64,000 nucleotides of DNA. Source: Octopus sinensis (Eukaryota). The notes below the pieces were generated by a model that was not told where the DNA came from, did not search any database, and saw nothing but the letters and a program-made list of their open reading frames with translations. A program made the translations under genes and the position numbers. Positions 12,961-26,440 of this stretch are shown here, in pieces. The stretch spans positions 51,708,001 through 51,772,000 of the forward strand of contig NC_043009.1 of assembly GCF_006345805.1 (NCBI RefSeq), written 5' to 3'. Numbering within the stretch: the stretch's first letter is position 1; every line of letters starts with the position of its first letter.

Positions 12961-14667
12961 GGAGTCCTGCCACAAGAGCAGAAATGGTGCAAGCGTAAGT
13001 GCAGATGTACCAAAAATACATACGGAAGGAGCTACTAAGAGTTTCGTGCTTTTATTTTATTTAAATAGGCGTATTTATGAAATACGCCATGCATACGAAA
13101 GCAATCTTACAGACTGTGTTTATGCATTAGATATACTTTAAAGACTAAGATGATGGGCAGGGAAAAAAGTAAGGAATTTCGAAGGGAAACGAGAAGACTA
13201 ATGCAAAAAAAAAAAACAACAAAAAGAATGAGAGGCAAAGAAAAGGGTGAAAGCAAGAAAGCGAAAATCTCTGTCCTCCTTCATTGCAGAAACTAAGATG
13301 CATTTACGCGCACAGGTGTACGCATAGAAGCACCGAATACACATATTCATTTGGATAGAAATTATGAAAATAGAATGAAAATGTAGTATTTCTAACAAAA
13401 TATAATGCTAAATGTGACACTGAAACAAAAATAAAACGAAAAGCAGAGCAAAACAGGTGATGATTTTTAAGCTCTTGAATCACAATCTTGAAGATTAAGA
13501 GGTAAAAGAAATCAATTTTAGATATGATGCATTTAAGATGATCACCAACGGAATCACCACGTCAATCGCCAGGTTTCACAATGAATGCTAACTTACTGCT
13601 CAACAACATACGTAACTGATAGGTATTATATTGGTAATCAGTTAAGCCGGTGGAGGTTTGCAGCTAGACGGCTTGTTTCAGAGAACAAGCTTGTATTGTA
13701 TAATATGTAGCAACAGAAAAGTTGAGTGTGGACTAACGTTAGTAGTGTGTTTGCTATTGCACACTGGATCATCAGCCGAACTGCCTCATTTGGCGATTTT
13801 ATATATGAATTTCATGTTTAAGACAGCAACAGCGCCCTGTTTATATGCAAGCAGTTAATCCCCATCTTACATATATGAAATATATTCAGGTGGGGTTAAA
13901 GTAGCTTTCTGAAACTTAAGAAGAACTTAGACTTTGGGATAAGTATCATATAATATGGGTAGAACTTGTGGAAACTCAATATCGTAGAAATGATATTTAG
14001 TTTCGAAATAAATTGAGCCTTGTGTCTTTTTAGAAGCAATAAATATTTATGGTGACACTGCTGTTGCTGTTCTTGTCTCTCTTATCGCATTTACCATTCA
14101 TTTGTCATTAAACCCTGACAGGTCATAATATTCTCAAAGTATTTCAAATAATTTGTACTGCGAGTAGTATTTATAACATCAAAATGCATCATAATAGATT
14201 GAATAAAGCTGTCGTCTGTATGTGCCAGGTTTCATGTGTATCTGTTGGACTGGGTTTTTATGTTGAATAATTTATAGTCGAGTGACGCTGTTTATATCAA
14301 CTGTTATAATAAATTGCAATAAATGTCCTTCATATTAATAGTTTCAATGGCAAATACTGGTGTTTGCACACTTTCTTATGTCTATTATTTTTCTTAATCG
14401 AAGATTTCAATTTGGTGATGTAGAACCATATATTTCTGCTGCTTTATCTTTAACTGCAAAGACTTATTTGTATTTTTATATTTACAATGTTTAATTTAGT
14501 GCCGATGTGCTGCTTTTAGAGTTTCTTGTACGATGCGTTGCACTGGTTATTGAAATTGAAATGTAAATTGCTCTAATTAAGACTGCTCTCCATGTTTATC
14601 TTATTATACACTGTCCAGTGAATATACTGGTAAATCTCATTATGTACACTTTTATATTCTATTTCAG

Positions 14668-14746
14668 GCAAGATTATTAAGTCCACAGCGTAACTTCGAA
14701 CTCAGAAACGATTACCTGCTTCATCAAACAGTTCGTTCAGCCAGAA
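14668..14746 (+). other. Candidate exon of an unidentified spliced transcript
   Basis: Acceptor ttttatattctatttcag at 14667; one open frame (ARLLSPQRNFELRNDYLLHQTVRSAR); donor at 14747 or 14752. No recognised homology. Confidence 0.3.
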
Positions 14747-14986
14747 GTTAGGTTAAATATTGTTTACGTTTAATGGTTTCAAATGTTTTGAGGTTATGGA
14801 CAGGGGTCTTGTGTTGCTACCGTCTTTTTCACTCTCATAAAAGTATATTGACCTGGGGCGTAGCCAAAAGAAATTAATGCCACTGTTTTCTTTAAATATT
14901 TGACGGTTTTAAGTATTACGTTTGTTGAATATATCTTTTTTATTTTGGCCGTTATTGTTATGAAGATTTTGCTGTTATTTCACCAG

Positions 14987-15112
14987 TTAGATGCATTGTT
15001 ATCGTCGTCATCATTCTTGTTGCTATTAAAAAAAATGAATAAAGCAGAGTCTGTAGCTGGTGATTGCGCAAACATTTTGACTACGATGTCAATATTGATT
15101 AAATATTTTAAA
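14987..15112 (+). other. Candidate 126-nt exon, open in phase 0
   Basis: Acceptor ttttgctgttatttcaccag and consensus donor AA|GTAAGT; 42 open codons LDALL..MNKAESVAGDCANILTTMSILIKYFK. Confidence 0.35.
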
Positions 15113-15277
15113 GTAAGTTCTATAATATCACTTCTAGTATAACAAATTATATAGGTAGCATTTTGAAAAAAAATAAGTTGTGAGAATTTTAATGACTATA
15201 ATATTTTAAATAGGCAAAATGATAAATATTTTATCGTTTGAATATAGTTCATTTAATCGATACCGGTATATTTCCAG

Positions 15278-15420
15278 AAATGTTTATCAATATCTGGAAC
15301 GATCTTTTATCTAGCACGCATCTCTGCACGATGAAATGAAGTCCAGGAGGATAAGTTAAATCGGAACGCCAATCGTGAATCAATTCTTTCGCAGTTATAC
15401 TAATATTGACATTCACCTAG
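15278..15420 (+). other. Candidate exon (stops in all three frames; UTR or non-coding)
   Basis: Acceptor tatatttccag and donor TAG|GTATTG. Confidence 0.25.
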
Positions 15421-16029
15421 GTATTGTAATTAACGAGGTTATAATCACTGTGTTGTGCACAAACACATTATAAAATGGAAGAAATGGGGAAAGTAGATGT
15501 GTCATCCTACCCATATGTGATGAAGGTAGAACGACAAAATTGCGAATCTTCAAAATTTATATATATATTTTAGTTATTATAAGAATGAATGTCAAATTTA
15601 CATAGATGTAACTTAGGTGTTAAGGTTACATATTCATCTGGTTGATGGTCGTGCTACGTAGTTGAACTCCAAAATAAAGTGATGGAAAATAATGCCAGAG
15701 TGTGGAATGTGGAAGGAAGTGTGTCTTACAGGGATGTGTTCTGAGAATGAAGGATTCAGTACAATACTTAATCAAACGATAAGCAGATTAACATGCGATA
15801 TATTATAATCAGTAAACAGCTAGTGGGAATATATGCTTGGCAAGATTTTAACGAAAAAAAAAAACCCTTCTAGATTAGCTGAAATGAAAACATAGCAACA
15901 CGAGAGATAGTGAAATAATCTACAAGCCTGTAGGTTAAAAATGATAATCAGTGGATATTTTCTAATTGCAAGGATGACTACATATTTATTATTAGACATT
16001 TGTTTCAATAGTGTATCTATTGAGGCAAG

Positions 16030-16120
16030 TCGGCCATATCAACCCCAGTGCTTAACTGGTACTTATTTTATCGACCCCAAAACGATGAAAAGGAAAGTTG
16101 ACCTCGGCGGATAGGAACTA
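16030..16120 (-). mobile_element. tRNA-derived SINE fragment (family A)
   Basis: Contains aactggtacttattttatcgacccc..aaagttgacctcggcgga, shared with copies at 20.6, 28.9 and 63 kb. Confidence 0.75.
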
Positions 16121-16560
16121 CTCATATTAAGATAACATTATCACACATGACATACACAAATAAACCACATTTTAGTTTACTGTTTCAGTCAGGGCATTAC
16201 GTAGCAAGAGGACACCCTTTCCAGAGTTAGGATCGCATGACCAAGATTGGAATTATTCACCAACCAAAAATAACTGACGCTATCCAAATCGCTGACTTAG
16301 AATGGAATATTCGTTTCACTTGAGAAGTGGTGTTAGGCTGCACAGGTTCTAATCCGCATTCAGAGAAAGATTTCGCGCGCGATTGACAGAAAAACATTCA
16401 CAAACATGCACTAATGTTTGCCTCAGAGTTATATAGTTACGTCTTTCTGCATTTTCTGCTGCAACTTTAATGACTTCTGCCACCTGGAGCACTTTGATCT
16501 CATGCAGTTTGCCCTTATTACAGACTCATAGTCACACCGAAATATTTACACAACGAAGAA

Positions 16561-17593
16561 CATACCAATATAGCATAAAGATATGTATTTAACGGTACGG
16601 GTATATATGTGAACCGGTTTCTAGTTTGATACAAAGTTCTTAACTTCCTCAGCACATCTTAACATTTTGAAACATTATCCGAATCTGCCACTTTGAAATC
16701 TGCTGGCGTCCTTAATTGCTTAGCACTAAAATGAGGAAACCTTCAGTGTGAAATGATCCAATCAGCAGCAAAGCATTCGGAAGCGAATATTTATAAGATA
16801 TTAATATTGCTATTATTATCGAAGGCAATATGAAAAGTTGATAATAACAAAAGCAGCAATATAGGCGGTTGCAGGCCTACAAAATAGCAATATAAGCTAA
16901 GGAAGTAAAATTATACTAATTATAAGGACACATTAAAGTGTTTACCCGCTAGAAATAAGCGTCGAAATCCTTATTTGGACTAACAAAAAATTTACACTGA
17001 AAACAATACATTCAAAAGTATAATATCAGATCTTAAAAAAATCTCTCACATACCAATATAACAGAAAGCTGTATATTTAATGGTACAGGAGTATATGTGG
17101 ACCGATTTTTGGTTTCAAACAAAGATCTTCCTTTCTTCAACACATCTTAACCCTTTGAAACACTATCCGAATCTACCACTTTGAAATCTGCTGGTGTCCT
17201 TAATTGCCTAGCGCCAAAATGCGGACAGCCTCAGGTGTGGAAAGTGGTAATCGGCAGAAAAATATTCGGAAGAGAATATTTTGGCGCTAAGCAATTAAGT
17301 ATGTGAGAGATATTTTTCGATCTTCTAGTATACTGTTGAACCTGTTGTTTTCAGTTTAAATGTTTGGAGTGGTTTTAAAGGTTTTGACTCTTATTTCTAG
17401 CAGGTAGACACTTTAATTTGTGCTTGTGATTAATATAATTTTAATTCTTTAGCTATATAATGCACTTCTTTTAGGCCTGCAAACACCTATATTGATGTTT
17501 CTCTTATTATCAAATATAACTATTTATATTGCCTTCCATATTAATTGCAGTTTTAATACCTTATAAATATTCGCTTGCGAATATGTTGCTGCT
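16561..17593. repeat. Diverged ~488-bp unit in direct plus inverted arrangement (A-B-A'-inverted B')
   Basis: 16561-16792 recurs at 17049-17281; 16764-17053 recurs as reverse complement at 17299-17593. Confidence 0.85.
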
Positions 17594-17610
17594 TATATAT
17601 ATATATATAT

Positions 17611-17790
17611 GTAAGTCCCGGGTTGAGTCGGGGTTAACCACAGTAAATAAGGTACTCAATACATAGCAGAGTAAATTAATTTATTTTATAGAAGGAGCTT
17701 CTACAGGACTAGAACTGTTTCATTCAAATGAAATCATCAGGAAGCTTCCTGATGATTTCACTTCTTGTAGAAGCTCCTTCTATAAAATAA
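17611..17790 (-). mobile_element. PLE terminal repeat (pLTR) remnant with inverted 5' arm, inserted in (TA)n
   Basis: Same family as 34546-34651; perfect 32-bp palindrome at 17729-17760; carries an HHR; (TA)n on both sides. Confidence 0.75.
17696..17746 (-). ncRNA. Type I hammerhead ribozyme (predicted cleavage GUA)
   Basis: Minus strand AGCUUC CUGAUGA U-UUC-AUUU-GAA-U GAA ACAG-UUCUAGUC-CUGU A GAAGCU: 6-bp helix I, full core, 4-bp helix III. Confidence 0.8.
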
Positions 17791-17794
17791 ATAA

Positions 17795-17859
<65 letters not shown>

Positions 17860-18307
17860 CATACATATCATAACACGTCCTGCGATAAATAATTTCCAAA
17901 GAAATATTATACGTGGAATTTTTATCAAATTTTACAGTATTCTAAAGTGTCAAATAATTATGATTGATACTCAAATGAATTTGGAATTTTTTAACTCAAT
18001 ATGTTTTACTGAAGACACTGACTGAATTAGTTACTAATATTAAACCTTTCAAAGATGATGCATAGAAGAAGCATTTGTGGGACATAATACTTTATGAGTT
18101 AAAAAGATAAGTACCTGTACACTTGTAGAACTACGTAGAATCGAAACAATTGTAGTAATTAAAAAATAAATTTCCAACAGTACCCCTTCTTGTGCACTCG
18201 AGTATTTTCAATTATATACGCACACACACACTCTCTCTCACACACACACTGACACACACATAAACACACTCACACACACTCACACACACACTCACACACA
18301 CACACAT

Positions 18308-18339
<32 letters not shown>

Positions 18340-18345
18340 GTATAC

Positions 18346-18466
<121 letters not shown>

Positions 18467-19040
18467 AAAGAGAAAGAAATGGTTGGAGAAAAATAAGTAA
18501 GTACGTAGGTAGGCAAATATATCCATGTATCTATCTACCTATCTAACTATCAATCTATAGATGGACGGATAGATAGATAGATAAAGTGAGAGAGAGATTT
18601 AACATACACGCACCTAAAAATAATACTCGCTTACACACACATATTCCCAACACACGCAACACGCACATAAATGCAACACACTCACACATACATACACACA
18701 CACACAAAGACGCTGCATTGGTTTGTATAGCGAAGTGCCTAACGCGTAAGATGAAGGAAACGAAGAATCATTTGTGCTGACTAGACTTGTTTCGTTTTTG
18801 TTGGTCAATTATAAAAATTCTGGTCAGTTCTCTAAAAGTATAAACGTATCAATGAGAGAAGATGCAAGTCAATTGCGAATGAAAGCTTGTCGGCAGTTAG
18901 TGAAAACCCTCAAAGGATTTCTTTGAATGGAATGTATCAAAAACTTCTTATAGTTAATACTGACGATATTGATACGATTAAAGAAGAGAGGACATTTGGA
19001 GATTAATTAGGCCACGCGGGTATAAGATACGCAGGCAAAG

Positions 19041-19075
<35 letters not shown>

Positions 19076-19110
19076 TACAAATGCATAGACACAAACATAC
19101 AAATATATTC

Positions 19111-19145
<35 letters not shown>

Positions 19146-20134
19146 CATATATCTATACATATATGTATTCATGTGTATATGCATATATCTGTGTGTATGT
19201 ATATATGTGCGTGTGTGTTTGTTTTTTGTGTGTGCTTATATATGTGTTTATATGTATGCGCGTATTTCCGTACGTGTATAACAATGATAATAATAAAACC
19301 TATATACACACATCGACACGGGGAGACGCACACCAATACTTGCAAATTCACACACACTCACACACATACAAACACACCAGACAAACACATCCATACATAT
19401 TTGTGCGTGTGTATTACATCCAGGGTCACCTCTATATACACGTCCATACAAATCCATGCAGGGGAATAGACATGTAGGTACATTTAAATATATAGGCAGA
19501 AGAATCAAATAATGCATGCTTTTGAAAATTCGGCCTTGTCATAGATGAAAGAACTCATATCGAAAGGCCACCACAGAACGCTTATATTTTATATGGCCCA
19601 AGTAATCCCTGCGGAAGACTGCTGTCTTGTAAGTCCAAAGTTTTGCTCATTTATAGTTGGACTAAAAATTCCCTATCGGACAAAGATTCTGCTTTTGTGA
19701 TTCTTGACTTAATTATACTCCATTTATCACGAATAATAAATAAAATATAAGAAAAAGAAAAATATACAATACTCTCAGTGCTAGATAGCCAAGAAGGAAT
19801 TTATGATTAAAATTCAATCAAAATCATTAGAAAACATACTTCCACAATGAGAACGTACTTGAATATAAACTTGGTGACTATCATATCTATACAGAAGTAT
19901 ATAATATATATGAATATGAATATACTAGTGACCCTCATTAATATAGAGCGTATGCTGTACATTTTCGTTCCACAAAATCTGCAAATTGAACATTCTTCTC
20001 TATGGAAGCGTTCGAAAATATAAATGTGCTATTATGAATCTAAACTTGTTTATCACTTGGTACTTTGAGATTGGTTGACGTTTAAATTCTGCATATGCAT
20101 ATATAAATGCAGGCATGGTTTTAACCAAATATAT

Positions 20135-20350
20135 GTGAAAGGGTGCTGAAAAACTTTTGGCTGTAGGTAAAAGGAAATAGAGGAGGATAAGTTAATTATG
20201 ATTTTATTCAACATATTCCCCTCTCTGATTCACACATTTAATGCGGTAGTCTACCAGTTTTTCTCTGCTCTGAAATAGAACTCGGAAAGATGGGCTTACG
20301 TCTAGTCCTTTCGCGATACTTTTAAAGCCAGGAACTTTTAAGACCCCACT
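20135..20350. mobile_element. Mariner-type MITE
   Basis: Left gggtgctgaaaaacttttggct and right aaagccaggaacttttaagacccc are imperfect inverted repeats about 215 bp apart. Confidence 0.55.
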
Positions 20351-20590
20351 GACTTTAATGGTGTGCGGATATGAGTGTTAAATCCGTGTCAACGGTAGTC
20401 AAAGAGACTATGGATACAAGATTAAACACAAGCCTAAATACTAAATACTAAAAAACTTCTCATGGATGATGCCTAAAATTAAGTGACTCTAAATGCATGT
20501 AGTTGTGAGTCTAATTATTGGCGAGTCTATGTATGGAGCTCTGTTTTTAGCCCCCTGTGGGCAATACAGAAATAAATACGTGTCCCTATC

Positions 20591-20775
20591 AAGGCAGTGA
20601 ACTGGCAGGGTCTTTAGCACGACGGGCTAGATACTTAGCGGCGTTTCATTCGTTCTGAGTTCAAATTCTGCCGTACTCAACTTTGCCTTTCATCCTCGTA
20701 CCAGTTGAACACTAGGGTCGATATAGTCGACTTACCCCTCCCCCAAAATGGCTGGCCTTGTGCCAACATTTGAAA
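20591..20775 (+). mobile_element. tRNA-derived SINE (family A)
   Basis: aaggcagtgaactggcag head, B-box-like gagttcaaatt, body ctttgcctttcatcc..gtaccagttg..gtcgac..ggccttgtgcc. Confidence 0.85.
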
Positions 20776-20909
20776 GCAACACGTGCCACTGTCGCTGTAG
20801 TTGTTGCTGTTGTTGACAACTGTCCTACTGTTGTCGTTAGTGACATCGCCATCTTTGTTGTTGTTGCCGCCGACGCAGATATTGTTCTCTATATTGTTTT
20901 TTTTTATAT

Positions 20910-21205
20910 TTATGTGCCCTTTTCAAGCCTAGCCAGGCTCATGGGCCCGGTTTCTATGACGTATGTGTTCCTCCCAGATGGACGGGACGCCAGTCCATCG
21001 CAGCGTTACTCAAGAAACACGAAGAAAGAGTGAGAGAAATTTGGGGCGAAAGAGTACAACAGGGGTCACCACCACCCCCTGCCGGAGCCTCGTTAGCTTT
21101 AGGTGTTTTCGCTCACTAAACACACACAACGCCCGGTCTGGGAATTGAAACCACGATCATCTGACCGCGAGTCCGCCGCCCTAACCACTTGGCCATTGCG
21201 ACTCC
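20910..21205 (-). mobile_element. tRNA-derived SINE (family C)
   Basis: Minus-strand head caatggccaagtggttagggcggcggactcgcggtc..ggtttcaattcc; tail homologous to 42780-42890. Confidence 0.85.
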
Positions 21206-21239
21206 TCTCTATATTGTACTTGACATGAAATGCTTGGAG

Positions 21240-22249
21240 TTGTTAACTTTGCTCTTGATGATGTTAGCGTTGTTGTTCTGGTTAAACTGTTTATGCCCTT
21301 CATCGTATTATTGTTACTGTTGTTGTTTTTATTCTGAATCTTATTTTCCTTTTTTGTTTTTTGGCCTCCATTTTCCTCTTGTTGCTAAAGATTTCATTGT
21401 TCTTCTTGTCTACATCGAGCTATTGTTACTGTATTTGCTGTTGTTATGTTATTTATGATAATATTACAGTCGTTGTTCTTTTTCTTGCTGTTACTGAGCA
21501 GTTTTAGTGGTGCTCTGGCTGCTGTACTGTCTTTAGTGTTAGCGCTGCTGCTGTGTAACCTTTGGCGGTAGCGCTGCTGCTGCCTGTCGTTATTATTGCA
21601 ATGTTGCTGCTCTTCTTGACGTTGTGCCGTTTTTGCTGTTGTTTCTGGTATTGCTGCTTTCTCTATTGTTGTGCAGTTCTTATTGAAGTTGTAGTATTTG
21701 TTATTGTTGTTCATGTCGACGCTAACACTGATGTTGTTGTTGTTGTTGTTGGTTGTGGTGGTGATGACGATGATGATGGTAATGATGTCGATGATGATGA
21801 TGTTGACTGTTATTGCAAACTGTGTCTTCCTTGTCGTTTGTGTTGTCATTGAAAAATTAACTACCTCAACCAATCAGATTGTGTTATTACATGGCGATAA
21901 TTAAATTATGTCTCCTGAGCAGAATTACAATTAACGCTGCAATGCAACATTTCTATCTGTCTGTCTGTCTGTCTTTCTTTCTTTCCTTCTTTCTTTCTTT
22001 CTTTAATCTTTTCCTTCTTTTTCCTCACAACTCCTCCTCCATGCTAACTTCTGTATTGACAAATTACTGGGCTATTAAGAGAAGATTATAAAATGAGGGA
22101 TAATGATGGCGATGTGACAACAACAACAACAACAACGATTAATACCATCATCATCACAACAGCCATCACCAACACCAACACAACCACCATTATTTCTAAT
22201 ACTGCTACTGTGACAAACGCCATTACAAATAATAATAATAATAATAAGA

Positions 22250-22309
<60 letters not shown>

Positions 22310-22720
22310 TTGTCAATAATAAAAATAATGACAATAATAACACGAACAATAGTGATATTAAATGTTAATAATGGTGATTACTATAATGATATAATTAATA
22401 ATAATAATCATGTTTATCGTGAATTAAAATGATGTTGATAATATTAAACTGCAACACCAATAACAATAATAGGAATGACTTATTTGTCACGAGATGATGA
22501 AGTTGATGATGATGTTGCTGCTGTGATGGTGATGATGATGACGACGACGCGTCATGATGATGATGATGATGATAAGAAGAAGAGCAAAAATAATAATAAT
22601 AATGATAATGACGATGATGATCATGATGATCATGACGATGATTTAATTTATTTGCCATAATAATAACAATAGCATTAGCAACAATTACGATAATAATAAT
22701 AATAATAATAATAATTTATT
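21240..22720. repeat. Degenerate trinucleotide low-complexity field (GTT/GCT/GAT, then AAC/AAT)
   Basis: Direct reading; source of the poly-V, poly-L, poly-N and poly-D ORFs. Confidence 0.9.
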
Positions 22721-23279
22721 TTAATTGCCACAGGGGCGTCGATGAGGGGAGACATCACAAGGATAGTCTATAATGTGTGTGTGTGTGTTTGCATAAAAGA
22801 TGACGGAAACAAATGGAACCAACGATGAATTGTGTTAGAGGTATACATAGTTTTACAAAGTATGTGGAGGCATATATGAATGATTAAGAAACCTCAGCCA
22901 GGGCCAATCGAGGAGCCTCACATATCCAGGATTAGTCTGATCAACAAAGGTCCGAGAATTCGATCAAAAGTTGTTCTCCAATCTACAGACACATGCTGAG
23001 AGTAAGCACGCTTCAATAGCGCTTTGGACATTTAGGTCAAACAAATCGATTCCAGCCCTTGATACATATCAGACACGTTTGCCGAAGCTCAAATTTAGGG
23101 GTACGTAAAGAAGAAAACAACGGTTGTCAAGCAAGAGCTGGTGAGAGACAAACACGCACACAATGATATATACAGGCATAGAAACTCATAAATACATGCA
23201 TATACACTCAAACACTCATACGCACATACACGTGCGTGCACACTCGCATATGTATGTATACTCTCTCTCTGTCTTTTGC

Positions 23280-23488
23280 TCTTTTACTTGTTTCAGTCAT
23301 TTGACTGCGGCCATGCTGGAGCACCGCCTTTAATCGAGCAACTCGACCCCGGGATTATTCTTTGGAAGCCTAGTACTTATTCTATCGGTCTCTTTTGCCG
23401 AACCGCTAAGTGGCGGGGACATTAACACACCAGCATCGGTTGTCAAGCAATGCTAGGGGTCAAACACAGACACACAAACATACACGCA

Positions 23489-23534
<46 letters not shown>

Positions 23535-23707
23535 TACGACAGGCTTCTTTCAGTTTCCGTCTACCAAATCCACTCACAAGGCTTTGGTCGGCCCGAGGCT
23601 ATAGTAGAAGACACTTGCCCAAGGTGCCACACAGTAGGACTGAACCTGAACACGGAACCATGTGGTTGGTAAACAAGCTACTTACCACACAGCCACTCCT
23701 GCGCCTA
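23280..23707 (-). mobile_element. Long SINE with internal (CA)n(TA)n (family B)
   Basis: Head taggcgcaggagtggctgtgtggtaag, body gaagacacttgcccaaggtgcc, tail ggtgctccagcatggccgcagtcaaatgactgaaacaagtaaaag. Confidence 0.9.
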
Positions 23708-24103
23708 TATATGATTTATAATGACAGTTGCCGTATCGATACAGAATAGTACTAATATAGCAATTTTTCTATTTAACTTAATGTAGATCTACTTTCAGAA
23801 GCCTATGAATTTATGATATTCACGTAATAGAGCATCTCGTATAATGCCATAGAGCAGCAGCTATGGAAGTACTAGGTCGGGTCATTTCAGCATATTTACG
23901 CTTCATCCAACGCCTGTCCCTGACATATTTGATCACTGCTAATATTTTGTGCTTTTCAGCATTATACATTCTCAAGACGAATAATACAGTTCCATGGCGA
24001 TCTTATACTGTATACACGTTAAGCTGGATGTATGCGTGTGGCGTGCGTGTGTGCTTGTATGTGTTAGTGAGTTTTTGTATACATGTATACACACACACAC
24101 ACA

Positions 24104-24189
<86 letters not shown>

Positions 24190-24200
24190 TATATATATAT

Positions 24201-24460
24201 AGTTAATCCAAACATTAAAGCACAAAAAACACAACAACGCGAGGACGTGGAACAAATATAGTATTATTGGACGCTCGGGAAAGAAGGAAAGGAGGGATTA
24301 ACGTTTCGAGCGGAGCTCTTCGTCGGAAACATAGGAGAAGGAAAGATCCAGAGAAGGGAAGACAGAGGGAAAAAATCGCCTACGGTACACACGCGGTTAC
24401 ACGTACACACACATACACAGACACATACACACACAAAAACATACAAAGGAAGACACACAC
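24201..24460 (-). mobile_element. PLE pLTR remnant next to (TA)n
   Basis: Contains a reverse-strand minimal HHR motif and abuts a TA tract. Confidence 0.6.
24296..24330 (-). ncRNA. Minimal hammerhead variant with very short helix III, probably inactivated (U4 to C)
   Basis: Minus strand GUUU CCGACGAA GAGC-UCC-GCUC GAAACGU U AAUC. Confidence 0.55.
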
Positions 24461-24464
24461 ATAC

Positions 24465-24690
24465 ACATATAAGGTCGCGCAGCCGAGTAGTTCGGGTGTT
24501 GCACTGATGATCGCAAGGTTGTCGATTCAGCCCTGGACCTGGTGATGTGTTTTGCTCCTGAGTAAAACTACCCATTTCAGGTTTATTTGCAATCACTTGG
24601 ACATTTGACGGGTGACACACTGTTCACCTCTTCAGGAAACGTCGTTTTAATGGAGGGAATTAGCCAATGTACAATGCCTGTGCTTGATCA
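24465..24690 (+). mobile_element. tRNA-derived SINE (family C-like)
   Basis: gcagccgagtagttcgggtgttgcactgatgatcgcaaggttgtcgattcagccctggacc..gtgttttgctcctgagtaaaac. Confidence 0.7.
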
Positions 24691-25066
24691 TACTAAACAT
24701 GTAAAATTGGAAGAATTATGGGTTGTTTTCAACGGGTGATTCCATCATATATATACATTCGGTGGATTTCTTTTCGTTTCCGTCTACCAAATCTACTTCT
24801 AGGGCTTTCGTGGGACCAGGGATATAGAGACACTTTCCCGAGATGCCGCTCAATGGGGATGAACTCAGGATTTCATGGCTGGAAAGCAAGCCTTAAAACC
24901 ACTCAGCCTCTGAAGTGCTGTTTTATTTTTGATTCTTTTAAATTTTTATATTGCAATTTATATAAATATATGAGTTATACATACATACATACATACATAC
25001 ATACATACATACATACATACATACATACATGCATGCATACATACATACATACATACATACATACAT

Positions 25067-25164
<98 letters not shown>

Positions 25165-25214
25165 CAGTATCCATTAACAGAGATATTATCGATAATATGA
25201 ATATCAACCAAATA

Positions 25215-25346
25215 TTTTCAACCACATAGTTTCAAGTTCATTCCCAAGCGTGGCAGCATGGGCAAATGTTTTCCACTATAGCCTCGGGCCGACAAGACAC
25301 GATGCGTAGATTTGGTAGACGGAAACTGAAAGAAGCTCGTCGTGTA

Positions 25347-25435
<89 letters not shown>

Positions 25436-25640
25436 GTGTGTGTGTGTGTGTCTGTGCGTGTGCGTTTAGACATTTATATGTGTGTTTGATTTCGCCCCCG
25501 CTTTTCTAACATCATCTGAGAAATGATGTTGATGTGTTTACGTCTCTGTAACTTAGAGTTCAGTAGAAGAGTCCGACAGAATAAGTACTAGGCTTACAAA
25601 GAAGAAGATGTGGGTTCCATGTCTTCGACTAAAATGACTG
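25215..25640 (+). mobile_element. SINE family B, 5' eroded
   Basis: ccactatagcctcgggccgac..gatttggtagacggaaactgaaagaagc..(TA)n..gtttacgtctctgtaacttag..aataagtactaggctt. Confidence 0.85.
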
Positions 25641-26049
25641 AAAGAAGTTAAAGAATAAAAGGATAAAAAACAGAAAACCATTCTTGATTTTCCTTCACGC
25701 ATTGGTATGAAGATGTAGAAAGGTCGAAACATGTGAATGGAAAGACATTAGTCAGATTTCGTAATTTTTTACGAATCATCTTATTTTTTTCGAAGGAGGT
25801 TCTTCAGGTTTAACGTTATTTTTCTTGAGCGAAGCTAACGCAGATCAGATCGAGGACATATTTAGGATCTGTTGGGTTTCTTATTTGAGACGAAAGTGAC
25901 TAAGCTAAAACATACTGACCTACTGCCCCACGTCGGTGACGAGTGGGAAACACTAGACTTTGATGATGAAATCAAGACTCTAATGTTGTTGATGCTGTAC
26001 CCTAGATATAGAATGGTCTCTCGAAGAGACATTCACAAAGAAAAAATTC

Positions 26050-26440
26050 ATTCCTCTCTATTTATTATAGGCACAAGGATCGACATTTTGTGTTACGGGG
26101 AGAGTCGAAATGCTAATCATTTTGTCCGGCAAGCAATAGATTTTATTAGCTCGCTGTTTTATTGATTCATAATGGTTTCAAATTTTGACACAATGCCAGC
26201 AATTTGTAGGAAGGTCAGCAATTTCTGGGGACGTACTTACTTTATCGACCTCGAAAGGATAAAAGACAAGTCGACCTCGGTGGAATTTTGACTCAAAACG
26301 TGAAGACTGACGAAGTACCGCTAAGCGTTTTGTCTGACGTCGACTTTATAGATTCGCATAATAATACTTTCTACTAAAGGCACAAGGAATTAAATGTGGG
26401 GTCGGGAGTCTAGTGGATTACATCGACTGCCAGTGTTTCG
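26050..26440 (-). mobile_element. Cluster of SINE family A fragments
   Basis: tttattataggcacaagg (recurring) and tttatcgacctcgaaaggataaaagacaagtcgacctcggtggaatt..ccgctaagc. Confidence 0.75.

Noticed and set aside
21394-22660. Poly-N, poly-L, poly-V and poly-D ORFs
   Set aside because: They arise from degenerate trinucleotide repeats and are open on both strands.
25705-25740. Hammerhead-like TGAAGA..CGAAACATGT
   Set aside because: C3 is missing, helix II is unpaired and position 17 would be G.
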